From: a virus
Lineage: Duplodnaviria > Caudoviricetes
IMG/VR virus record: IMGVR_UViG_3300011438_000038
Location: 1 to 25,324 of that record
Strand: one strand, 5' to 3'
Length of the DNA stretch: 25,324 nt
In this document: one piece after another, positions 1 through 7,609 of the stretch
How positions within the stretch are numbered: position 1 is the stretch's first letter
Layout: each line of letters opens with the position of its first letter
Made by a program: the position numbers and the translations under genes
Notes under the pieces: model-generated
What the model was told of the DNA's origin: nothing
Databases searched by the model: none
The model's input: the letters and a program-made list of their open reading frames with translations, nothing else

Positions 1-735
1 AATTCTATTCTCTCTACTGATACATTAGCTACTTTGGTCGTTAATAATACTGCCTTAACAAATGGAGTTGCAATTAGAGCAGTCGGAAGTAATAAGGGCA
101 TATTTGCAATAGGTCAGGAAGCAGTACACGCTGAAGGTTCTATATATGGTGTGTATGGCACTACTGAATTTGAATCTGGATATGGCGTATTTGGAACCAC
201 AAATGATGCATTAGCTGGTGTATTTGCACATGGTGGGAGTCAATATGGTTTAATTGCTGAGACATTTAGCTCCTTCCCTGGGACATATTCCTCAAGTAAA
301 GGTGGTTATGGCGTTCAATCTGTGCGAATTGTGGGTACTGGGGGAACGCTAGACTCAGCTTATGAAGCATTTTGTGTGCAGGTAGTAAGATTAAATGGTG
401 ATGTAGCAGATGGCGTTGGGGCTAAGATGGATTTTTTTTCTCCAACTATTGGTAATGATTCCAGATTTAGTAATAAGATCGTTTCAAAATGGTCTAGAGC
501 TATAGATTCCGCCTGCACATCGACTCTCATAATAAGCGGTGTTGATTCAACTACTACAGTTGATGTTCTTACGTTATCGGGAAACGGTTCAATGAAACTT
601 AGAAATATAACCGCAACACAAGCAAGTGCTATTTCAGCAACAGACGGAATGATCATATATGTAAGTTCAACAAATGGAACATTTACATCAATAGGTTTTT
701 GGGGTCGGGAAAATGGGGTATGGGTAAAACTATAA
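1..735 (+). CDS. 5'-truncated tail fibre/adhesin-like beta-repeat protein
   Basis: Frame is open from base 1. Gly-rich repeats (GVYG, GVFG, GVFA) suggest a beta-helix. The C-terminus DGMIIYV...FWGRENGVWVKL resembles a module seen in Bacteroidota fibre-like proteins. Confidence 0.6.
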   Translation, partial: NSILSTDTLATLVVNNTALTNGVAIRAVGSNKGIFAIGQEAVHAEGSIYGVYGTTEFESGYGVFGTTNDALAGVFAHGGSQYGLIAETFSSFPGTYSSSKGGYGVQSVRIVGTGGTLDSAYEAFCVQVVRLNGDVADGVGAKMDFFSPTIGNDSRFSNKIVSKWSRAIDSACTSTLIISGVDSTTTVDVLTLSGNGSMKLRNITATQASAISATDGMIIYVSSTNGTFTSIGFWGRENGVWVKL

Positions 736-746
736 AATAATAAAAA

Positions 747-2222
747 ATGAAAAAATTATTTACAATCATTTTTCTAATCCACGCGATTAATCTTTTTGCT
801 CAACCAAATAAAAACAAGATCGATAGTGCAACTATGAGAGACGGCAAAACTCTTTTGAATTGGAATGGAGGGGTTTCTATTATTAGAGGTTTAGTACAAT
901 TTCCGGCATCATCGGGTGGCCTTTCTCTTGATGCAAATAGAAATTTGCTTGTTGGCTTAAATCCGATTATTAGCTCAAGTTCTGTTTTCAACATGATCTT
1001 TGCTGATAATGCACAAATAGATGGAAGTAACAATATCACTTTTGCAAAAAATATAAAAATCACTGGCGCGAGCGGAACCTTTTCCACCGGTGCAGATCAC
1101 ACCATTCATCCTGGCGCAGATTATTCCACAACACTTTCAGGTGCAACTTTAGGCGATGGTGGCAATACAGCCGGATATGCTTCTTTTAGCACAGGCTTTG
1201 GTAATTATTCTTTAAATGTTCATGGCTTTGTGGCTGGTCAAAATAATATACAGGGATCATTTTCTAAAACATCATGGATTGCTAATAAATATAAAGGCGG
1301 AGCGCTTATCGGCGATAATTTAAGATCAGAAGGTGATTATATTTTTTCAATCGGGACAAATTTCAATACGGATAAACCAGGCATTCATTTTGGCTTTGGA
1401 GCTCCTCAGTTTTCTTTTCTTCCTGATGGCACAATGAGATTTTCAAAATATCAATACAATATCGGTATTGGCGATAGCGCTTTAAAATCAATTACAGAAA
1501 CAGGGGGTTATAATATTGGAATCGGAAGACACGCATTAATAAACGCAACGACAGCGTGGGATAATGCCGCTATCGGATGGGATGTTCTTTATAATACTAC
1601 AACCGGTAGCGCAAATTTTGCAGTTATTGAAGATGCTGGTTTTACTAATATAAGCGGAAGTAATAATATTTTTATAGGTCGGGGCGCCGGATATTTTGCG
1701 AATTGTAGTGATAATAATTTTCAAGGATATGGTGCTGGCCAAAATCATACAATAGGCAATGAGAATTTATTCATAGGTAGTTATTCCGGGCAATGGCATA
1801 CTTCAGGGGCTGGAAATACTTTTCTAGGAACTTATTCCGGAGAGAATTCAGGCAATTCACAATATTCGACCTATATAGGTCACATGGCCGGATTTAATTC
1901 CCCAGGTTCAAACAATATCACACTTGGAAAATTTACAGATGTAGTTGGCAACAATGCTTTAAATATCGGAAATACGATTTATGGAACCGGCCTTTATACA
2001 TCTGCAAATAAAATAGGTATTGGAACAAAAACGCCTCAATATAAATTAGAGGTGGCCGGGGATGTAAAATTTAATTCTGTGATTTTAAATCAAACGATAC
2101 CGGCGACATTAATAGTAGGTCAGATCGCAGTGGATGATAATTACATATATGTAGGAACAAATTTCGGAGTCAAGCGTGTTCTTTTATCAGATGTTGGTAC
2201 AACTATTAATACAAAGAATTAG
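747..2222 (+). CDS. Fibre/adhesin-like protein with Sec signal peptide and YadA-head-like repeats
   Basis: N-terminus MKKLFTIIFLIHAINLFA|Q. About 14-aa repeats (NIGIGDSAL, NIGIGRHAL, NIFIGRGAG, NLFIGSYSG, NTFLGTYSG). Fibre-shaft motif KIGIGTKTPQYKLEVAG. Confidence 0.7.
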   Translation: MKKLFTIIFLIHAINLFAQPNKNKIDSATMRDGKTLLNWNGGVSIIRGLVQFPASSGGLSLDANRNLLVGLNPIISSSSVFNMIFADNAQIDGSNNITFAKNIKITGASGTFSTGADHTIHPGADYSTTLSGATLGDGGNTAGYASFSTGFGNYSLNVHGFVAGQNNIQGSFSKTSWIANKYKGGALIGDNLRSEGDYIFSIGTNFNTDKPGIHFGFGAPQFSFLPDGTMRFSKYQYNIGIGDSALKSITETGGYNIGIGRHALINATTAWDNAAIGWDVLYNTTTGSANFAVIEDAGFTNISGSNNIFIGRGAGYFANCSDNNFQGYGAGQNHTIGNENLFIGSYSGQWHTSGAGNTFLGTYSGENSGNSQYSTYIGHMAGFNSPGSNNITLGKFTDVVGNNALNIGNTIYGTGLYTSANKIGIGTKTPQYKLEVAGDVKFNSVILNQTIPATLIVGQIAVDDNYIYVGTNFGVKRVLLSDVGTTINTKN

Positions 2223-2249
2223 TATCAACCTCTGAAAAAGGAGGACAAA

Positions 2250-2492
2250 ATGAAAGCGATCATGCACTTTAATAAAATTGAAGAATGGGTAGCCTGGATT
2301 TTTGGGATCACCGGTGGTTGCATTGCATATGCTAATATGCCTATCCTTCTTCATCTCGATTGGAGCTTTCTGCTTACGAGCATTTTCAAATTGCTTTGGA
2401 CGGGATTTGTCGCTCTTTTTAGTGGCGCCATGGGCGTGGTTGGTAAACGACTGGTTGAACATAGTAAATGGTTTAAAAATATTTTCAAGTAA
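2250..2492 (+). CDS. Small membrane protein, holin candidate
   Basis: 80 aa, two hydrophobic segments, basic C-terminus, follows the fibre genes. Confidence 0.5.
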   Translation: MKAIMHFNKIEEWVAWIFGITGGCIAYANMPILLHLDWSFLLTSIFKLLWTGFVALFSGAMGVVGKRLVEHSKWFKNIFK

Positions 2493-2502
2493 AAAAATAA
2501 TC

Positions 2503-2946
2503 ATGACCCTATCTCTTTATCTGCAATGTGTTGCCATGTTTGTTCTTGGCCAGGCAGCTCATCTATTTCTAGTCAAAGTGCCTTCTATAAAAGAACGGTG
2601 CCGGGCAGCTAATAAACAATTCACCTGGAAAGAATGGTGGAGTTGTGATTGGAATGTGATCATAGGTACGCAGATTATTGGTGCACTACTAATTATTGGT
2701 CTTGATCAATTTTTACATTGGAAGCCTACCGTGCTTGAATATGTAAAATGGTTCTTTGCCGGCGTAGGTGCATTTGGTTCTACGATTGCAATGGCTAAAA
2801 TGAGCCAGTTTGAAAAATCGATCAATGGATTAGTTGATATTAAATCCAATGTTTCTGATACAGTTATCGGGCCAACTAATACAGTTAAAGAAACTATACA
2901 AAAAGCAGAAGCACAGGGAATAACTGTTGAACCAACGCCAAAATAA
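2503..2946 (+). CDS. Membrane protein (about 3 TM), holin/antiholin candidate
   Basis: Start reassigned to ATG 2503 (A-rich context just after the previous stop). Three hydrophobic segments, then a hydrophilic tail. Confidence 0.5.
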   Translation: MTLSLYLQCVAMFVLGQAAHLFLVKVPSIKERCRAANKQFTWKEWWSCDWNVIIGTQIIGALLIIGLDQFLHWKPTVLEYVKWFFAGVGAFGSTIAMAKMSQFEKSINGLVDIKSNVSDTVIGPTNTVKETIQKAEAQGITVEPTPK

Positions 2947-2965
2947 AAACCCCGTAGAAACGGGG
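2945..2965 (-). terminator. Intrinsic terminator oriented for minus-strand transcription
   Basis: Stem CCCCGT-agaa-ACGGGG (2950-2965) preceded by AAAAA on the + strand, so the U-tract is on the minus strand. Confidence 0.55.
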
Positions 2966-3018
2966 CTTACACTTTATGCTTGCGTATTAAATCTGTTTCG
3001 ATATAAAATTAAGCATTT

Positions 3019-3768
3019 ATGACATTTGCAAAAAACTTTTTGATCACAATTTTAATAATCGGAATATTATTTCTGATCTTCTTTAAGACATGCAATTACA
3101 ACCGGAGGAGTAGCCCGCCATCCCACAAACAAGATAATGATTCAGTTCAAATCATTAAACATCAAATGGCAGATAAGGAAAAGTTTTGGCAGGATTCTAC
3201 TATGAGATTACTGTTAGAATTTAATGACCTGCAACAACATGATTATCTTTTGAGTCAAACCTATTCAGCCACTTCTAATGAGCTAAATAAATTGAAGAAA
3301 AGATCATTAGAAAGAATTTCAATCATACAACTTGGAGATACTTCCTTTGCTAATTGCGATACGCTGGCGGGACAATTTAATGACTACATTATTTTGAGTG
3401 AAAAAGAAAAACAGGATTGTGATAATATCGTTACTAATAAAAGTAAACAGATTGAAAAACTTATCAGATTGCATCAAGCTGATTCCGCGCAGGCAATTGG
3501 TTGTACTATTTATCTTGGTTCTGTTATTACAAAGTACGATGCACTTTATAGTGATTATCAACAAAGGGGAAACGTAAAGCACAATCTATTATCTGTTGCG
3601 ATTGCCTGTCAGTATTATGAGCAGCTTAAAACTTTTGCAGCAGGAGGCGGCTTGGATTTAACATTAAAGAATGATTATAAAATAGGCTACAAATTACTGT
3701 TTACGCAAGGCAGTCAAAGAATTCACGAAATAAACGGGTCAATTCCCATTCATCTTAAAAAACGATAA
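3019..3768 (+). CDS. Spanin-like protein: N-terminal membrane anchor, coiled coil, C-terminal beta-strands
   Basis: Hydrophobic aa 7-22 followed by Cys25, long helical middle region, alternating-hydrophobic strands at the C-terminus, lysis-cluster position. Confidence 0.5.
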   Translation: MTFAKNFLITILIIGILFLIFFKTCNYNRRSSPPSHKQDNDSVQIIKHQMADKEKFWQDSTMRLLLEFNDLQQHDYLLSQTYSATSNELNKLKKRSLERISIIQLGDTSFANCDTLAGQFNDYIILSEKEKQDCDNIVTNKSKQIEKLIRLHQADSAQAIGCTIYLGSVITKYDALYSDYQQRGNVKHNLLSVAIACQYYEQLKTFAAGGGLDLTLKNDYKIGYKLLFTQGSQRIHEINGSIPIHLKKR

Positions 3769-3769
3769 C

Positions 3770-4069
3770 ATGAACACACTGTATTTTATACCAATAACCC
3801 TTTTACTTATTTCCCTATACTGTCTTTATAGACTTGGCAAATCTTACAAAAGCGGAACTGTCAGGCAAGAGCAGGATAAAAATTCACCCAATTGGGGAAA
3901 AGATATTACTGCCCCCGGCAAGGCAATAAATAAATGGGCGTTATATGTAGCAATCATAACTTTTATTTGCACAGTAGCTTCTTATTGGAAAATCCATTCC
4001 GATTACCGGGGAACAAGACCAGGTGATGAGAAGCGTTGGGAAAAACAAAAAGAAAGGGAGCAGGGATGA
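3770..4069 (+). CDS. Small two-TM membrane protein
   Basis: 99 aa, two hydrophobic helices, charged tail, starts 1 bp after the upstream stop. Confidence 0.65.
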   Translation: MNTLYFIPITLLLISLYCLYRLGKSYKSGTVRQEQDKNSPNWGKDITAPGKAINKWALYVAIITFICTVASYWKIHSDYRGTRPGDEKRWEKQKEREQG

Positions 4070-4106
4070 TTTAGAAACTAATTATTGTTTCTGTAAATAT
4101 TAGCAA

Positions 4107-4610
4107 ATGAAGTTCATTATCCATAAGGGCCATCATCGCGCTAAGCCGTTTTCATTTGGATTATGGTTTAATAAAAAAATATTCTCAAAAAATATTTATT
4201 TCGATACAAGCTGTAAGTATAGCATTGATGGCGTCGATATGATGGATACAAACAAACTTTTCGGAGTGGGTTATTTCCCAAATCATCATATAAATAGTGC
4301 AAGATTTGGCTGGAGATATGATCCCGATATTGACAAAATAACAATCTCGGCTTATTGTTATTTGAATGGTGAAAGAATTATAAAAGAACTATGTGATCTT
4401 AAATTTTTTACCTGGTATAGATTTCAAATTTCAATTATGGAGGATCGATACTTATTTGATGTATCTGATACTAATAATACCTGGCACAAATTCGCAATTG
4501 AATCTATTCTTAAATCGCATAAAAAGAAATGGCAATTTAAACTAGGCATTTTCTTCGGAGGCAATAAGCCGGCGCCAAAAACAATGGAACTGGAAATGAA
4601 AAACATTTAA
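4107..4610 (+). CDS. Hypothetical beta-jelly-roll protein, remotely like polysaccharide lyase family 14
   Basis: Motif order NKLFG ... SARFGWR ... AYCY ... FFGG parallels the recalled PL14 order KLPG ... RxMWR ... YxY ... FFGG. Confidence 0.45.
   Translation: MKFIIHKGHHRAKPFSFGLWFNKKIFSKNIYFDTSCKYSIDGVDMMDTNKLFGVGYFPNHHINSARFGWRYDPDIDKITISAYCYLNGERIIKELCDLKFFTWYRFQISIMEDRYLFDVSDTNNTWHKFAIESILKSHKKKWQFKLGIFFGGNKPAPKTMELEMKNI
4603..4610. repeat. 8-bp target site duplication, left copy (ACATTTAA)
   Basis: Identical to 6145-6152. Both copies abut the terminal inverted repeats. Confidence 0.9.
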
Positions 4611-4634
4611 GGTAACTATATATCTATTTCACCC
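4611..4634 (+). repeat. Left terminal inverted repeat of IS1595-like element
   Basis: GGTAACTATATATCTATTTCACCC. Confidence 0.9.
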
Positions 4635-4742
4635 AAAACAAGTATTTTACATAATGTGGATAACTTTTAGTAAAACTATTTGGATTTAGATCGAAATCGC
4701 TTTATCTTAGCTGTATTAATTAACAGCTAAAAACTTTGTAAA

Positions 4743-5222
4743 ATGAACACAACAAAAACATTTGAAGAACTTCTTCAAGAGGCTACACAAATAGCAGACG
4801 CTCGTAAAAAAATATTTTACGAATTAAAAAGTGAAATTGAAAAAAGATTCCTTCCTGCTCTTGTAACAGTAATTAATTCTTATGATCTGAAATATGCTGT
4901 TTTGGATTTAGATACGAAGCCAATTGCCGGGTTAGACGGGTATTCTGATTATAATACAGAAAGTACAAAATATGCACTTGCTGTTAGAAAATCTGGCTTT
5001 ATAAGCGAGGCTGACTACGAATATAGTATAGGGCAATGGGAAGTTGAAGAATTTCAGTTTGAAATAAATCAAAACTGGTCAGGTAATTCTGAAGGTCAGT
5101 GGCATTTATTAAATTCAGGAGCAATCGAGTTAGCTATAGCAATACGTAATAAAATAGCAGAGCTAAATAAAAAGTATGCTCATATCAACGAATCTGCTGA
5201 AAGCATAATAAAATCGTCTTAA
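4743..5222 (+). CDS. Hypothetical passenger protein of the IS element
   Basis: Intact 159-aa ORF with A-rich start context, followed by a hairpin at 5229-5250. No family recognised. Confidence 0.75.
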   Translation: MNTTKTFEELLQEATQIADARKKIFYELKSEIEKRFLPALVTVINSYDLKYAVLDLDTKPIAGLDGYSDYNTESTKYALAVRKSGFISEADYEYSIGQWEVEEFQFEINQNWSGNSEGQWHLLNSGAIELAIAIRNKIAELNKKYAHINESAESIIKSS

Positions 5223-5228
5223 TTAAAA

Positions 5229-5250
5229 AAGGGAGTAATTAAACTCCCTT
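5229..5250. terminator. Hairpin after passenger gene (possible terminator)
   Basis: AAGGGAGT-aattaa-ACTCCCTT, preceded by an A-run. Confidence 0.45.
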
Positions 5251-5339
5251 AGTCAGTTCGCTGCTGGTGCGATTAAAAGAGAACTTTGTAATAAACTTTC
5301 AATTCCGTTGCAGCGAACTGGTTGCTAAGATATATAAAA

Positions 5340-5880
5340 ATGATACAATTACAAAAATTTAAAACACTCATAGACCTGCTTGCCTATTTTAAGGACGAGC
5401 AGGTCTGTCGTGACTATTTAGAACTGCTTCGATGGCCTGACGGTATTAAATGTGCTGACAAGGATTGTGGACATAATAAAGTATTTCGGTTCAGTAACGG
5501 TAAAACTTACAAGTGTGCAAAATGTAAGAAGCAATTCAGCATAAAAGCTGGCACTATCTTTCACGATTCAAAAATTCCTTTGAAGAAATGGTATGCCGCT
5601 ATTTATTTAATCACTTCACATAAAAAAGGCATATCCTCGATTCAGATTTCAAAAGATATTGGTGTAACCCAAAAGACAGCTTGGTATATGAATCACCGAG
5701 TACGGCATTGATGAATTTGTGTTCAGATACAACACAAGATCATTTACTGAATCGGATAGGTTTAATCTTATGCTTTCCGGCCTTGCAAATCATTTACCAT
5801 ACTCAAAATTAATAGAGAATGAAAAAACAAACAGTTGGGCAACTGACTTTAAGCCAGTTGATAGAATGTCACAGTATTAA
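5340..5880 (+). pseudogene. IS1595-family transposase with internal deletion and frameshift
   Basis: 5340-5711 encodes the Zn-ribbon and HTH N-terminus (RWPDGIKC, YKCAKCKKQFS, GTIFHDSKIPLKKW, KGISS, VTQKTAW). Another frame from 5707 to 5880 reads IDEFVFRYNTR...RFNLML...LPYSKLI, the family C-terminus. The central catalytic region is absent. Confidence 0.88.
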
Positions 5881-6079
5881 CAGGGCACACTTGGCTTCTA
5901 AAATGGGGATGCCGGTTGGTACATTTAAGAATAAGCTGTCTGAAAAACAGACGGCTTATCGGTTTACATTAGATGAAGAAGATAAGCTGAAAGAAATATT
6001 AAGGGACATGGCGGCGGATATTGAAACGGTTGCAGGCATCAGCTTTAATAAAGCATTGGCAACAATCATAAATAAGTAA
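5819..6079 (+). CDS. Small XRE/Cro-like HTH protein (IS passenger)
   Basis: INRAHLASKMGMPVGTFKNKL fits an HTH pattern. 86 aa. Confidence 0.7.
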   Translation: MKKQTVGQLTLSQLIECHSINRAHLASKMGMPVGTFKNKLSEKQTAYRFTLDEEDKLKEILRDMAADIETVAGISFNKALATIINK

Positions 6080-6120
6080 TCAAAAAAATCAATCCTATGA
6101 AATTTGGGAATAGTGGATCA

Positions 6121-6144
6121 GGGTTGAATAAATATATAGTTACC
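6121..6144 (-). repeat. Right terminal inverted repeat of IS1595-like element
   Basis: Reverse complement is GGTAACTATATATTTATTCAACCC. Confidence 0.9.
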
Positions 6145-6152
6145 ACATTTAA
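6145..6152. repeat. 8-bp target site duplication, right copy (ACATTTAA)
   Basis: Identical to 4603-4610. Confidence 0.9.
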
Positions 6153-6207
6153 TTATGATCCGCCCGGTGGCCGCAATAATTTTTTCATAAGCATTAGTTT
6201 TGGTTGT

Positions 6208-6232
6208 CCCCCGATTTCCATCGGGGGTTTTT
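6208..6232 (+). terminator. Intrinsic terminator closing the fibre/lysis operon
   Basis: CCCCCGAT-ttcc-ATCGGGGG followed by TTTTT. Confidence 0.8.
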
Positions 6233-6274
6233 ATTGTCCTTTCCTTACCAAAGTAGCAAAATCATATTTGCATC
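6230..6274 (+). promoter_or_regulatory. Putative late promoter 1 (TTTATTGTCCTTTCCT box plus -7-like CATATTTG)
   Basis: 16-bp motif at 6230-6245 is identical to 14060-14075. -7-like box at 6263-6270. Start codon at 6275. Confidence 0.65.
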
Positions 6275-7159
6275 GTGAGTTTCAATCATATACTCAGTGC
6301 CGTGTTAAGAGGCCGCTGGCTAATCGACAAGGCCTGGGCTGAAGCTCATTTACCATTAGTTCTTTCTTTATTGAAGGGAAACCCTGTAAGTTTTGTTGAG
6401 CGTACCGGAAATGAATTGATCGAGCGACCATTTGCTATTGATCCTAAAACAATGCAACGGTATGAATGGCGGGACGGAACGAATCCAAATATTCCCGAAG
6501 GTAGTATTGGTATACTGCCTATTAATGGTCCCATCACTAAATATAATGGTGATTGTGGCGAACCGGGCGCAATAGCAAAAAATTCCTGGTTAATGCAAAT
6601 GGGAAAAAGAGCCAATATCGGCAGCGTGATTATGCTCGTTGATACACCGGGTGGCGAAGCAAGAGCCGCATCTACATTTACCAGGACAATACAAAACTTT
6701 TCAAAACCCATCCTAAGCTATATAGATGGTATGAGTGCAAGTCTTGGCGTTTGGCTCATTTCACCCACTGATGAAATTTATGTTAGCAGCAAAATGGATG
6801 AAGTAGGCAGCGTAGGCAGCTTTGTCATGCTTGCTGATTGGGCCGGTTATTTTGAAGCGCAGGGTTTAAAAATTCATGAGATATATGCACCGCAAAGCAC
6901 CGATAAGAATAAAGATTATCGGGATGCCATAAAAGGTGATTATGGTGAAGTTGAAAAAGATCTCGAAGTTCTTGTAAATGATTTTATCTCTTTTGTAAAA
7001 AGCACCAGGCCGAAAACCACAGCAACAGAAAAACAATGGAGCACAGGAAAAATGTTTTATGCTGATGAAGCCCAAAAATTGGGGTTGATTGATGGCATAA
7101 AGACATTTGATCAGGTAGTGAGTAAGGCATCATGGCTTGGTAAACGTTATAAAAAATAA
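6275..7159 (+). CDS. S49 (SppA/ClpP-like) prohead maturation protease
   Basis: S49 motifs VDTPGG, SASLG (catalytic Ser region), VGSVG, Lys in TDKN, and FYADEAQKLGLIDG. First gene of the head module. Confidence 0.9.
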   Translation: MSFNHILSAVLRGRWLIDKAWAEAHLPLVLSLLKGNPVSFVERTGNELIERPFAIDPKTMQRYEWRDGTNPNIPEGSIGILPINGPITKYNGDCGEPGAIAKNSWLMQMGKRANIGSVIMLVDTPGGEARAASTFTRTIQNFSKPILSYIDGMSASLGVWLISPTDEIYVSSKMDEVGSVGSFVMLADWAGYFEAQGLKIHEIYAPQSTDKNKDYRDAIKGDYGEVEKDLEVLVNDFISFVKSTRPKTTATEKQWSTGKMFYADEAQKLGLIDGIKTFDQVVSKASWLGKRYKK

Positions 7160-7168
7160 ATTTTAATT

Positions 7169-7573
7169 ATGGAATATCCTCAGGTAGTTTCTTTAGTTCC
7201 GAAAGGAGAAGAATTTGATGCCACAGCGGTCAATGAGGGCGTTTGGGTAAGCACAGCTCACCTGGCCAATGTAGAAAATACCCTGGTGGCAAATGCAACC
7301 AGCATTGCGGATCTCAATAGCCAGGTTATAAAGACAAATGATGAAAGAGATGAGGCAAATACCTCATTGCAAACCGCCCAGCAAACTATTACCGATCGGG
7401 ATGCAACAATCGCTTTGCTGAAAACTGAAATCGCTGATCTAAAAATAAAACCAGCGGCAGATCCAAAACAAACAAACAAAGAATCCGACAAATTGGATTC
7501 TGGTAAACAGGTGCCCACTTCTGAAATAACAAAGGAAGCGGAGAGATTACGCGCCCTTAAAAACAAAAAATAA
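7169..7573 (+). CDS. Putative capsid scaffolding protein
   Basis: Coiled-coil middle region and basic C-terminal helix, located between protease and capsid genes. Confidence 0.6.
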   Translation: MEYPQVVSLVPKGEEFDATAVNEGVWVSTAHLANVENTLVANATSIADLNSQVIKTNDERDEANTSLQTAQQTITDRDATIALLKTEIADLKIKPAADPKQTNKESDKLDSGKQVPTSEITKEAERLRALKNKK

Positions 7574-7609
7574 TTTTCATTCAAATTCAAAAACCCAAAT
7601 AGCAATAAA

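Larger units (their letters stand above)
4611..6144 (+). mobile_element. Non-autonomous IS1595-family element with passenger genes (1534 bp)
   Basis: Terminal IRs 4611-4634 and 6121-6144 match at 21/24, 8-bp flanking direct repeat, IS1595-type transposase remnants inside. Confidence 0.9.

Noticed and set aside
2302-2502. N-terminal extension of the 214-aa ORF
   Set aside because: It overlaps the 2250-2492 gene. ATG 2503 has the better start context.
4679-4913. 13-bp direct repeat TTTGGATTTAGAT (4679-4691, 4901-4913)
   Set aside because: Only two copies, AT-rich, one inside a coding region. Not an array, and chance cannot be excluded.
6153-6188. Minus-strand mini-ORF MKKLLRPPGGS
   Set aside because: Only 11 codons, with no supporting promoter or other evidence.
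6097-6342. 81-aa ORF in the track
   Set aside because: It crosses the IS right end, the terminator and the promoter, and overlaps the protease gene out of frame, so it is probably spurious.
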